DNA from: Flavobacteriaceae bacterium
GTDB taxonomy: Bacteria; Bacteroidota; Bacteroidia; Flavobacteriales; Flavobacteriaceae
Reading direction: 5' to 3'
Assembly: GCA_965661835.1 (NCBI GenBank)
Contig: CBFIFD010000007.1
Location: forward strand, 9,075-73,074
DNA length: 64,000 nt
A program made the position numbers and the translations under genes. The notes beneath the pieces were generated by a model. The model saw only the letters and a program-made list of their open reading frames with translations, did no database searches and was not told the origin of the DNA. Position 1 is the first letter of the stretch; each line of letters begins with the position of its first letter. Below are positions 38,908 through 47,702 of the stretch, in pieces.

Positions 38908-39600
38908 TTACAGGGACATAACTTTTCCGTTGCCCGCCTCTGAATTCGGGAGGCAGCCCTTGTATACTCCAGGGACTGGATCATACCATAAAAAGTTTTC
39001 TCCTATTTGCTGGGTTTGAGTCCAAGTCCAAATCGTCATGCTCCGCACTTCATGAATTAATGCGCTCGCCAGGACATCATCTGAGGCGGTCGCTTGAGGG
39101 TCTGATTTTAAGGCCTCACGATACGCCCAATATTCCTTTGACCATTGGTCTGCCTCAGCCTTATCTGCCTTAAAATAATGACTCAAAAGTGTATCGTAAG
39201 TCTCAACACTAGCTTTGTCAAAATCAGTTTGATGATCACGTTCTAAAACACGCTCTAGTGCGGCAAAACCCTTGCGAACTTGACTCTGCCTGGCAGAGGT
39301 AGAGTACTGGGTAAATTCATCTTCTAGAGCGGAAATTTGATCATCCGAAGGTAAGACCTGATCCCAGTACAAATCGATAAACTCATGTACTCCGACATCA
39401 ACGGCGCCGGGCGCCTGAGCATCTTTTGGTATGATCAAGCCAACCATTTCCTTTAATGCGTTTGCCTGTGTTGTTGATAAAAATGATGGGGTATACCCCG
39501 AGCCCGAGCCACAGCTTTGTAGCAGGCTAATGATGGCTGGTGTTGCCACTAAGGCACCACTGCCTAATCCTAAGTTCTTTAACGCTTGTCTTCTGTTCAT
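38908..39600 (-). CDS. Small Tat-signal subunit of a GMC flavoprotein dehydrogenase (gluconate 2-dehydrogenase subunit 3 family)
   Basis: 230 aa. NRRQALKNLGLGSGALVATPAIISLLQSC is a twin-arginine motif followed by a lipobox Cys. Its ATG shares one base with the GMC stop (TGATG). Confidence 0.7.
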   Translation of the reverse strand: MNRRQALKNLGLGSGALVATPAIISLLQSCGSGSGYTPSFLSTTQANALKEMVGLIIPKDAQAPGAVDVGVHEFIDLYWDQVLPSDDQISALEDEFTQYSTSARQSQVRKGFAALERVLERDHQTDFDKASVETYDTLLSHYFKADKAEADQWSKEYWAYREALKSDPQATASDDVLASALIHEVRSMTIWTWTQTQQIGENFLWYDPVPGVYKGCLPNSEAGNGKVMSL

Positions 39601-41297
39601 CAGGATTCCTTTTTAATTTGGTTTACAGCATGGTTTGCGGCTCTCGCGGTAAATGCCATGTAGGTCAAAGACGGATTCACACAACTCGCACTGGTCATGA
39701 ACGAACCATCGGTACAATATACATTAGGGACCATATGAATTTGGTTGTGTTCATTCAGTACTGAGGTTTTTGGATCTCTTCCCATACGTGCGGTTCCCAT
39801 CTCGTGAATGCCAAGTCCGGGAGCACCAGGGTCGTCCCATGGACGGATGTTCTTATATCCGGCACTCTCTAGCATCTCCATGGCTTGTTGCACCATGTCT
39901 TTTCGCATTTCCCACTCGTTTTCTTTCCACTCTACATCAAAGGTCACGGTAGGAAGGCCCCACTGATCTTTTTTGTCGTAGTCGAGTTCCATTTTATTTT
40001 CATGGTACGGTAAGCATTCGCCAAAGCCCATCAAAGTCATACTCCATTTACCTGGTTGACTGACTAGATCTTTCAGATCTTTTCCGTAACCTATTTCGGC
40101 AATCTGATCTCCATAATTTCCCCGAGACGCGCCACCCTGATAACCATAACCGCGCAAGAAATTTGATTGATCGGTGACCCCACCTATATTTCTAAATCGA
40201 GGAATATATATTCCGTTAGGACGACGACCCTTGAAATATTGATCTTCAAAACCGTCAACATCTGCAAAAGCACCGGCTTTAAAATGGTGGTCCATAATAT
40301 TGTGTCCTAATTCACCTGAGTCATTGCCCATTCCATTAGGGAATCGTTCACTCTTGGATTGAAGTAAAATACTCGCCGTAGCAATCGCCGAAGCGCACAA
40401 GAAAATTACCTTAGCATTAAACACGAGGTGCTCTCCTGTCTCGGTATCGATCACTTTTACTCCTGAAGCGCGTTGTGTATTGGGGTCGTAAATCACTTCA
40501 TGCACAATGGAGTTCGGGCGTAAGGTCATATTCCCGGTGCGCTCTGCAGCAGGTAAGGTCGAAGAAACGCTACTAAAATATCCTCCAAATGGACACCCGC
40601 GAATACAGCGACTGCGGTAAACGCAATTCGATCGCCCTTCATGGGCCTTATCTCCTGTCAGGTGTGCTGTTCTTCCGATGGTCAGTACACGGCCATCATC
40701 ATAATTTTTATCAATTTTTTCACGAAGATCACGTTCTGCACAATTGAGCTCCATGGGCGGCGAGAACACACCATCAGGCAACACTTCTTTGCCAAGGGCC
40801 TCTCCGCTTACCCCTATATACTCCTCCACTTTGTCGTACCACGGAGCGATGTCTGCATAACGCACTGGCCAATCCACTGCCACACCTTCTCTTTTGTTTG
40901 CCTCAAAGTCAATGTCACTCAAGCGATATGATTGACGCCCCCACATAATCGATCGGCCTCCCACGTGGTAGCCCCGAATCCAATCAAAGCGTTTTACTTC
41001 ATTGTACGGGTGAATAATATCATCAACAAACCAGTGGGCCGACTCATCACGAGTCGTATAACCGGTTCTATTTTGCTTGACCTGTCGCTTTTGTTGCTCA
41101 ACGGTGCGACGATTTTTAAAGTCAAAATCCCAAGGATCTTTATTAGCGGTAGGATAGTCTTCGATATGCTTTACCATGCGCCCACGCTCTAGAACTAGAG
41201 TTTTTAGGCCGTTTTCGCAAAGCTCTTTAGCGGCCCATCCGCCGCTAATCCCTGAACCCACGACGATTGCGTCGAATTGTTCGTTCGGTTTTGCCAT
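39600..41297 (-). CDS. GMC family FAD-dependent oxidoreductase (catalytic subunit, no signal peptide of its own)
   Basis: 565 aa. DAIVVGSGISGGWAAKEL FAD-binding motif and C-terminal GMC region (HEMGTARMG, DGS....S..NPSLT). Confidence 0.85.
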   Translation of the reverse strand: MAKPNEQFDAIVVGSGISGGWAAKELCENGLKTLVLERGRMVKHIEDYPTANKDPWDFDFKNRRTVEQQKRQVKQNRTGYTTRDESAHWFVDDIIHPYNEVKRFDWIRGYHVGGRSIMWGRQSYRLSDIDFEANKREGVAVDWPVRYADIAPWYDKVEEYIGVSGEALGKEVLPDGVFSPPMELNCAERDLREKIDKNYDDGRVLTIGRTAHLTGDKAHEGRSNCVYRSRCIRGCPFGGYFSSVSSTLPAAERTGNMTLRPNSIVHEVIYDPNTQRASGVKVIDTETGEHLVFNAKVIFLCASAIATASILLQSKSERFPNGMGNDSGELGHNIMDHHFKAGAFADVDGFEDQYFKGRRPNGIYIPRFRNIGGVTDQSNFLRGYGYQGGASRGNYGDQIAEIGYGKDLKDLVSQPGKWSMTLMGFGECLPYHENKMELDYDKKDQWGLPTVTFDVEWKENEWEMRKDMVQQAMEMLESAGYKNIRPWDDPGAPGLGIHEMGTARMGRDPKTSVLNEHNQIHMVPNVYCTDGSFMTSASCVNPSLTYMAFTARAANHAVNQIKKES

Positions 41298-41432
41298 ATT
41301 TCAGATTGTTTAATTGTTTGGTCTCGTCTTGCCATGAACAGATAGAGTGGTCCAAAAGCAAGTGTCCTAATTTCTTGTTTTTTTATTGATTAACCAAGTT
41401 CTTTATGAGGAATGAATTAATTTCGGTTAGCG

Positions 41433-41448
41433 AAAACGATTTCGTTTT
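41433..41448. promoter_or_regulatory. 7-2-7 inverted repeat AAAACGA-TT-TCGTTTT in the divergent GMC / TIM-barrel control region
   Basis: Read directly from the sequence. It lies about 100 nt upstream of the ATG at 41549 and about 135 nt upstream of the GMC ATG. Candidate operator only. Confidence 0.25.
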
Positions 41449-41548
41449 AAAATGAAACCCTCCTCGGACTCTATAAATCCGACTCCACAAAAAAAAATCA
41501 TTTATCTTAGAAGACCATTTATACAAACGACCGATTAAACACCCAAGC

Positions 41549-42508
41549 ATGACTCTAAGAAAACTTATGGCAATAGGCGCTACTTTTGCCCTTATCAGCT
41601 GTCAAAACAACCTTAAAAAACCTGAAGCAACGACCCCAGAGACCCCAAAACAAAATTTTGAGATTTCTTTAGCCCAATGGTCCATACACAGCAAAATACA
41701 CAACGGCACAATCGATCCAATGGATTTTGCATCCATCGCCAAGGAATTAGGCTATACAGGACTCGAATACGTCAGTAATTTGTATGTCGGTGAAGAGGTC
41801 AATTATCCCATGAAAGAACAAGGGCTAGACGCTGTATTGACTGAACTAAAACGCCGAAGTGATTCACTGGGCATGACTAATGTCTTAATTATGGTGGATG
41901 ATGTAGGTGACCTTTCGGTTGAAGACCAAGCACTCACCGCACAGGCTGTAGAAAATCATAAAATATGGGTCGATGCCGCGGCCTTTTTAGGCTGTCGTGC
42001 TATTCGGGTGAATCTATTTGGGACATCAAACCCAGAAGCATGGGTCAGGAGTTCAGTGCGCTCTTTAAAAGCACTGAGCACCTATGCCGCTGATAAAAAT
42101 ATCGCCATTCTGGTAGAAAATCACGGTGGCTTATCTAGCGACGGAAAACTACTCGCTCAAGTTATGAAGGAAGTCGCTATGGACAACTGTGGCACCTTGG
42201 TCGATTTTGGTAACTTTTGCGTGCGTCGTGAAAACGGTGAACGATGGGACGGGCCTTGTGTTCAGGAGTACGATCGCTATCAAGGCATAGAAGAGCTCAT
42301 GCCATATGCGCAAGGAGTATCCGCTAAATCCTATGCGTTTGACGATGAAGGGAACGAAACCACTATGGATTTTCCTAGAATACTTAACCTAGTCAAAGAC
42401 TCAGGTTTTTCAGGTTTTATCGGAGTAGAATTTGAAGGCGAGGTTGCTGATCCATTTCCCGGAATGGAGGCCACCAAATCTCTGATAGAAACCGTTCTGA
42501 TCAACTAA
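41549..42508 (+). CDS. Xylose-isomerase-like TIM-barrel protein (sugar phosphate isomerase/epimerase family), lipoprotein
   Basis: 319 aa. Lipobox FALISC. Family pattern around IRVNLFG and ILVENHGG. Confidence 0.75.
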   Translation: MTLRKLMAIGATFALISCQNNLKKPEATTPETPKQNFEISLAQWSIHSKIHNGTIDPMDFASIAKELGYTGLEYVSNLYVGEEVNYPMKEQGLDAVLTELKRRSDSLGMTNVLIMVDDVGDLSVEDQALTAQAVENHKIWVDAAAFLGCRAIRVNLFGTSNPEAWVRSSVRSLKALSTYAADKNIAILVENHGGLSSDGKLLAQVMKEVAMDNCGTLVDFGNFCVRRENGERWDGPCVQEYDRYQGIEELMPYAQGVSAKSYAFDDEGNETTMDFPRILNLVKDSGFSGFIGVEFEGEVADPFPGMEATKSLIETVLIN

Positions 42509-42580
42509 TGGTTCCGTAAGTTTATTTTGTAAAAAATAACGCTAATCAAAACAACATAACTCAACTTAATCACAACAACC

Positions 42581-43813
42581 ATGAAGACCACAACTCGATT
42601 TCAACTGTCATTTATGATGTTCCTCGAATTTTTTATTTGGGGAGGATGGTTCGTGACTATGGGCACCTTTTTAGGCAATAATTTAGGCGCTAGCGGTGCA
42701 GAAACGGCTATGGCCTATTCGACCCAATCTTGGGGCGCGATTATTGCTCCATTTATTATTGGGCTCATCGCTGACCGTTTTTTTAATGCAGAACGCATCC
42801 TTGGGGTCCTACATTTAATTGGGGCCTTTTTGATGTACCAAATGTACTTGTCTACCGATTTCGGAAGTTTTTATCCCTATGTCTTGGGGTACATGATCGG
42901 CTATATGCCGACACTCGCTCTGGTCAATTCAGTGTCCTTTAATCAAATGAAAGATCCTGCTAAAGATTTTTCCCTAATTCGTGTCTGGGGTACTATCGGT
43001 TGGATCGCCGCAGGTTTGGCCATTAGCTATATTTTCCATTGGGATCCGAATCCTGAGGTCGCCGGAGACAAAGGAATGTTACAAAACACCTTCTTAATGG
43101 TGTCCATTGCCTCAGCTGTGTTGGGTGTATTTAGTTTTACCTTACCTAAAACCCCACCTAAAGCAGATGACGGCTCAAAAATTACCGTAAGCGACATTTT
43201 GGGACTCGAAGCTCTGAAACTACTAAAAGACCGAAATTTTTTAGTGTTCTTTCTTTCTTCAGTACTGATCTGTGTGCCTCTGGCCTTCTATTATCAGCAC
43301 GCCAATCAATTTCTTTCAGAAATTGGTGTGGAAAATGCCACCGGCAAAATGACCATTGGACAAATTTCTGAAGTTCTGTTCATGCTGTTGTTGCCTTATT
43401 TTTTCAAAAAATTTGGGTTCAAAATGACCATTCTTGTCGGCATGCTCGCCTGGACAGTTCGATATTTATTATTTGCATATGGCGATGCAGGTGAAGGTGT
43501 CTTTATGCTGCTGATTGGAATTGCACTGCACGGCATCTGTTATGATTTCTTTTTTGTATCCGGACAAATTTACACCGACAGCAAGGCCGGCGAAAAAGTT
43601 AAAAGTGCTGCACAAGGATTAATCACCCTAGCGACCTATGGGGTTGGAATGCTCGGTGGTTTTTATATTGCCGGACTCATTACCGACGCCAATATCATTG
43701 CAGATGGTCATAATTGGACGGCGATATGGCAAATGCCAGCAATTTTTGCCGTAGTCGTATTTGTATTTTTTGCCGTACTATTCAAAAATGAATCCATTGA
43801 GTACAAGGAATAA
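42581..43813 (+). CDS. MFS transporter of the nucleoside:H+ symporter (NupG/XapB-like) family
   Basis: 410 aa with about 12 hydrophobic segments. N-terminus RFQLSFMMFLEFFIWGGWFVTMGTFL is typical of the family. Confidence 0.8.
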   Translation: MKTTTRFQLSFMMFLEFFIWGGWFVTMGTFLGNNLGASGAETAMAYSTQSWGAIIAPFIIGLIADRFFNAERILGVLHLIGAFLMYQMYLSTDFGSFYPYVLGYMIGYMPTLALVNSVSFNQMKDPAKDFSLIRVWGTIGWIAAGLAISYIFHWDPNPEVAGDKGMLQNTFLMVSIASAVLGVFSFTLPKTPPKADDGSKITVSDILGLEALKLLKDRNFLVFFLSSVLICVPLAFYYQHANQFLSEIGVENATGKMTIGQISEVLFMLLLPYFFKKFGFKMTILVGMLAWTVRYLLFAYGDAGEGVFMLLIGIALHGICYDFFFVSGQIYTDSKAGEKVKSAAQGLITLATYGVGMLGGFYIAGLITDANIIADGHNWTAIWQMPAIFAVVVFVFFAVLFKNESIEYKE

Positions 43814-43845
43814 TCGTATGTTAGATTGTTAGAAAAATTAATATT

Positions 43846-44979
43846 ATGAGTCGAAAAATTAAATGGGGCGTCCTTGGCGGTGGTGGTGATTCTTTAATCG
43901 GGGTGTTACACCGTGTGGCCGCCTCTATGTACGACGCGTACGCCCTTACAGGGGCTGTTTTTAACCCAGATTTTGCCCAAAACAAGGCCTTCGCCCAAGA
44001 AATCGGGATCCCATTGGACCGTATTTATCCTGATTTTGACACCATGGTCGAAGCAGAGCTGGCCTTACCTGAGCAAGAGCGTATACAGGTGTTTTCTGTG
44101 CTTACCCCGAACTTCCTCCATTTCCCGATGGCCAAAAAACTCATGGAAAGTGGCTTTCATGTGATTTGTGAAAAACCGATGACTATGACCCATGAGGAAG
44201 CTTTGATTTTGGAACAAATTCAAAAAGACAAAGGCGTCTTATTTGCATTAACCCATACTTACACAGGCTATCCCATGATTCGTCAAATGAAAGCCATGAT
44301 CAAAGATGGTGTCATTGGCGCCATTCAAAAAGTAGACGCTCAGTATTATCAGGGCTGGATTAATCCTATTATTCACGATCCACAGCAGCGCGCTTCAACT
44401 TGGCGTCTAGATCCAGCTAAATCTGGTATTAGCTGCTGTATGGGAGATATAGGGGTCCACGCTTATCAAATGCTTGAATACGTGACTAGTCAAAAGATTG
44501 AGTCGATTTTGGCGGACCTCAACCATTTGTATGAGGATAATCAAATGGACATAGACGGTACGGTACTCTTGCGCCTTGGCCAACATGTAAAAGGTGTTTT
44601 ACGAGCGAGTCAAATAGCTACCGCCGAAGAAAATAACTTTGCCCTGGCGATTTACGGTCGTGAGGGCGCCTTAAAATGGGCCCAAGAAAACCCAAACTAT
44701 TTGACGCTTTTAAAAGATGGGCAACCCGCGCAAATCCTCAAACCGGGTCACGATTACAATAGCGCCTTTTCTTTGGAAGGCACGAAACTCCCACCCGGTC
44801 ACCCAGAAGGCATCTTCGACGCCATGGGGAATATTTATCGGGGTATGGCTAAAGCTGTTCGTGGCGATTCGTTTACCGACGGGGAATTCCCCTCTATGGA
44901 AGACGGAGTGCGCGGTATGAAATTTATTGAAACAGCTGTTGCCTCACACCAGAAAGGCAATGTTTGGAAATCACTTTAA
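43846..44979 (+). CDS. Gfo/Idh/MocA family NAD(P)-dependent oxidoreductase (cytoplasmic)
   Basis: 377 aa. KWGVLGGGGDSLIG Rossmann N-terminus, EKPM motif (VICEKPMT), and no signal peptide. Confidence 0.85.
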   Translation: MSRKIKWGVLGGGGDSLIGVLHRVAASMYDAYALTGAVFNPDFAQNKAFAQEIGIPLDRIYPDFDTMVEAELALPEQERIQVFSVLTPNFLHFPMAKKLMESGFHVICEKPMTMTHEEALILEQIQKDKGVLFALTHTYTGYPMIRQMKAMIKDGVIGAIQKVDAQYYQGWINPIIHDPQQRASTWRLDPAKSGISCCMGDIGVHAYQMLEYVTSQKIESILADLNHLYEDNQMDIDGTVLLRLGQHVKGVLRASQIATAEENNFALAIYGREGALKWAQENPNYLTLLKDGQPAQILKPGHDYNSAFSLEGTKLPPGHPEGIFDAMGNIYRGMAKAVRGDSFTDGEFPSMEDGVRGMKFIETAVASHQKGNVWKSL

Positions 44980-44988
44980 ATAAGACAG

Positions 44989-46044
44989 ATGAAAACGATT
45001 AAAGGACCTGCAGTATTTTTGGCCCAATTCATGGACGATAAAGCGCCCTTCAACAGTCTTGATGGGCTGTGTCAGTGGGCCGCAGATCTCGGTTACAAGG
45101 GGATTCAAATTCCCACATGGGAATCGCGACTTATCGATTTAACCCTTGCGGGAGAAAGCAAAAACTACTGCGATGAGCTTCAGGGCAAAATTCGTTCCTA
45201 TGGACTCGAAATCACAGAGCTCTCCACTCATTTACAAGGACAACTCGTCGCTGTGCACCCAGCCTATGATTTAATGTTTGACAATTTTGCTCCAGACGAT
45301 TGTAAAAACAATCCGAAAAAACGTACTGAGTGGGCCCGAGCCCAATTAATGAGTGCCGCTAAGGCCAGTGGTCATCTGGGTCTCAAAGCCCATGCTACAT
45401 TCAGCGGTGCCTTGCTCTGGCACACATGGCACCCTTGGCCACAGCGTCCGGATGGCCTGGTTGAACTTGGTTTTGAGGAACTCGCGAAGCGGTGGATGCC
45501 TCTGCTCAATGAATTCCAAGACAACGGCGTGGCGGTCTGTTATGAAATTCATCCGGGAGAAGACCTACATGATGGCGTTACTTTTGAGCGCTTTTTGGCA
45601 GCTACTGGAAGTCACAAAGCAGTCAACATACTATATGACCCAAGTCATTTTGTCTTACAACAACTTGATTACTTAGCCTATATAGATCATTACCACGAAT
45701 TCATCAAAGCCTTCCACGTAAAGGATAGCGAGTTCAATCCCGACGGAAAACGCGGTGCTTTTGGGGGTTATGGCGACTGGAAGGATCGTGCCGGACGTTA
45801 TCGGTCCCTAGGCGATGGCCAAATTGATTATAAATCAGTGTTCAGTAAACTGACCGAATACGGTTGTGACGTCTGGGCGGTCATGGAATGGGAATGCGTT
45901 ATCAAAAGCCCAGAACAAGGGGCCAGAGAAGGCGCCAAATTCATTCAAGATCATATTATTGAGGCGACCCAAAAGCGATTTGATGATTTCGCGGGTGCAG
46001 AAATTGATCAAGAACGCCTCAAAAAAATATTGGGTATCAAATAA
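44989..46044 (+). CDS. Xylose-isomerase-like TIM-barrel protein (sugar phosphate isomerase/epimerase family, cytoplasmic)
   Basis: 351 aa with no signal peptide, starting 9 nt after the Gfo/Idh/MocA gene. Family pattern around YEIHPGE, YDPSHF and WAVMEWE. Confidence 0.8.
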   Translation: MKTIKGPAVFLAQFMDDKAPFNSLDGLCQWAADLGYKGIQIPTWESRLIDLTLAGESKNYCDELQGKIRSYGLEITELSTHLQGQLVAVHPAYDLMFDNFAPDDCKNNPKKRTEWARAQLMSAAKASGHLGLKAHATFSGALLWHTWHPWPQRPDGLVELGFEELAKRWMPLLNEFQDNGVAVCYEIHPGEDLHDGVTFERFLAATGSHKAVNILYDPSHFVLQQLDYLAYIDHYHEFIKAFHVKDSEFNPDGKRGAFGGYGDWKDRAGRYRSLGDGQIDYKSVFSKLTEYGCDVWAVMEWECVIKSPEQGAREGAKFIQDHIIEATQKRFDDFAGAEIDQERLKKILGIK

Positions 46045-46110
46045 TACAGGCTTACGGACCTCAAACCGTACCCAATAGAACTTGTGTAACGAACAAAATA
46101 AAAAACCAAA

Positions 46111-46902
46111 ATGACCAAATCTAACTATTTATTTATCAGCTTACTGGCTTTGATGCTGTCTTGCGGCAAAGGATCCCAGCCTTCAGCGGCTCAGGAATCG
46201 TCAGGGTCATCAGAAGAACCGACGAATCCCGAAGAAACTGAATTTTGGACACCCGTCCCTAATAAAGTTACCCCCTATGGGCAAAACGGAGTGCCGAGTG
46301 ATGCTATTGTTCTTTTTGACGGAAGTAATCTCGACCAGTGGATAAGCGCGGTAGACAGCACAGCTGCAAAATGGGCCATTAATCCTGATGGAAGCATGAC
46401 TGTTGTGGACGGAACCGGTGATATCCAAACCAAAGAAAATTTTGGCAGCATTCAGCTTCATGTGGAATGGCGCAGTAATCCACAAAATATAGCCCCTGGA
46501 CAGGCCAGAAGCAACAGCGGCGTTTATCTTCAAAATCGTTATGAAGTACAGGTTTTAGACAACAACGATAATCCGACCTATGTCAATGGTATGGTTGGAT
46601 CGATCTACAAACAATCCCCTCCATTGGTTATGGCTTCTGTTCCAACGGGGTCTTGGAATCGTTACGACATTATTTACCATGCTCCAGAATTTGACGCTCA
46701 GGGAGCGATGACAAAGGGGCCCATCATGACCGTGCTCAACAACGGTGTCCTGATTCAAGATCATTTTGAACTCAAAGGGACCACCGAGTACATTGGCTGG
46801 CCCACAGTAAGTGCCCATGGGCCTGGACCTGTTAAGCTTCAAGACCATGCGGACCAAAGCGGCGTATCTTATCGCAATGTCTGGGTCAGACTATTGGATT
46901 AA
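46111..46902 (+). CDS. DUF1080 / 3-keto-disaccharide hydrolase family lipoprotein
   Basis: 263 aa. Lipobox LMLSCG plus a Ser/Glu/Pro linker. LFDGSNLDQW, NSGVYLQNRYEVQVLD and VKLQDHADQSGVSYRNVWV motifs. Confidence 0.8.
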   Translation: MTKSNYLFISLLALMLSCGKGSQPSAAQESSGSSEEPTNPEETEFWTPVPNKVTPYGQNGVPSDAIVLFDGSNLDQWISAVDSTAAKWAINPDGSMTVVDGTGDIQTKENFGSIQLHVEWRSNPQNIAPGQARSNSGVYLQNRYEVQVLDNNDNPTYVNGMVGSIYKQSPPLVMASVPTGSWNRYDIIYHAPEFDAQGAMTKGPIMTVLNNGVLIQDHFELKGTTEYIGWPTVSAHGPGPVKLQDHADQSGVSYRNVWVRLLD

Positions 46903-46921
46903 CTAATGTAATATCTGAATT

Positions 46922-47662
46922 ATGAAATATTTTATCGCCTTAACCTTGGTAACGATCATTTCCGTTTCGTGCCAAAACTCTAAAAATGGGCCAAATAAGG
47001 CCAAAGCAGTGCCCGAACAAGAAACAGTGACAACAGACCAGTGGCTCACCCTTTTTGATGGGACTAATTTTGACCATTGGCGTGGCTATTTGTCCGATAC
47101 CATGCCGGATTCTTGGACGATTCAAGATAGTGCCATGGTCTTTACTCCAGGAGAAAAAGGAGGGCAAAATATCATCACCAAAGACTTATTTTACAATTTT
47201 GAACTTTCCCTAGAGTGGAAGATTGCCCCGGGAGGCAATAGTGGTATATTTTGGGGGATAATGGAAGACGCTGCCTATCCAGAAGCCTATCAGTCTGGTC
47301 CTGAAATTCAGGTGTTGGATAATGAATTACACCCAGACGCAGCTCATGGTCAAGGTACCCACACCGCAGGATCGTTATACGATATGGTCGCGCCCTCAGC
47401 CGATCATACCAATCCTGCTGGGTCCTGGAATCACTGTGTCCTGCACGTTGACCATAGGATTAATCAAGGCATAGTTTACATGAACGGACATCAAATTGTA
47501 GAATTTCCACTTGATGGGCCTCAATGGGATGACATGGTTGCCCAATCTAAGTTCGCGAACTGGCCGGTTTTTGGAAAATCGCCTAAGGGCTATATTGGAC
47601 TGCAAGATCACGGAGATCAAGTATCCTACCGCAAAATAATGGTCAGACACTTGATCAATTAA
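46922..47662 (+). CDS. DUF1080 / 3-keto-disaccharide hydrolase family lipoprotein (paralog)
   Basis: 246 aa. Lipobox ISVSC. LFDGTNFDHW, GGNSGIFWG, EIQVLDN and IGLQDHGDQVSYRKIMV motifs. Confidence 0.8.
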   Translation: MKYFIALTLVTIISVSCQNSKNGPNKAKAVPEQETVTTDQWLTLFDGTNFDHWRGYLSDTMPDSWTIQDSAMVFTPGEKGGQNIITKDLFYNFELSLEWKIAPGGNSGIFWGIMEDAAYPEAYQSGPEIQVLDNELHPDAAHGQGTHTAGSLYDMVAPSADHTNPAGSWNHCVLHVDHRINQGIVYMNGHQIVEFPLDGPQWDDMVAQSKFANWPVFGKSPKGYIGLQDHGDQVSYRKIMVRHLIN

Positions 47663-47702
47663 CTGTATCGATTATCATTGACGTTTATTTGGACACTGCC
47701 TC

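Noticed and set aside
41407-41457. A 16-codon mini-ORF (MRNELISVSENDFVLK) in the GMC / TIM-barrel divergent spacer.
   Set aside because: It has no ribosome-binding context I can argue for. It overlaps the palindrome and is probably chance in AT-rich DNA.
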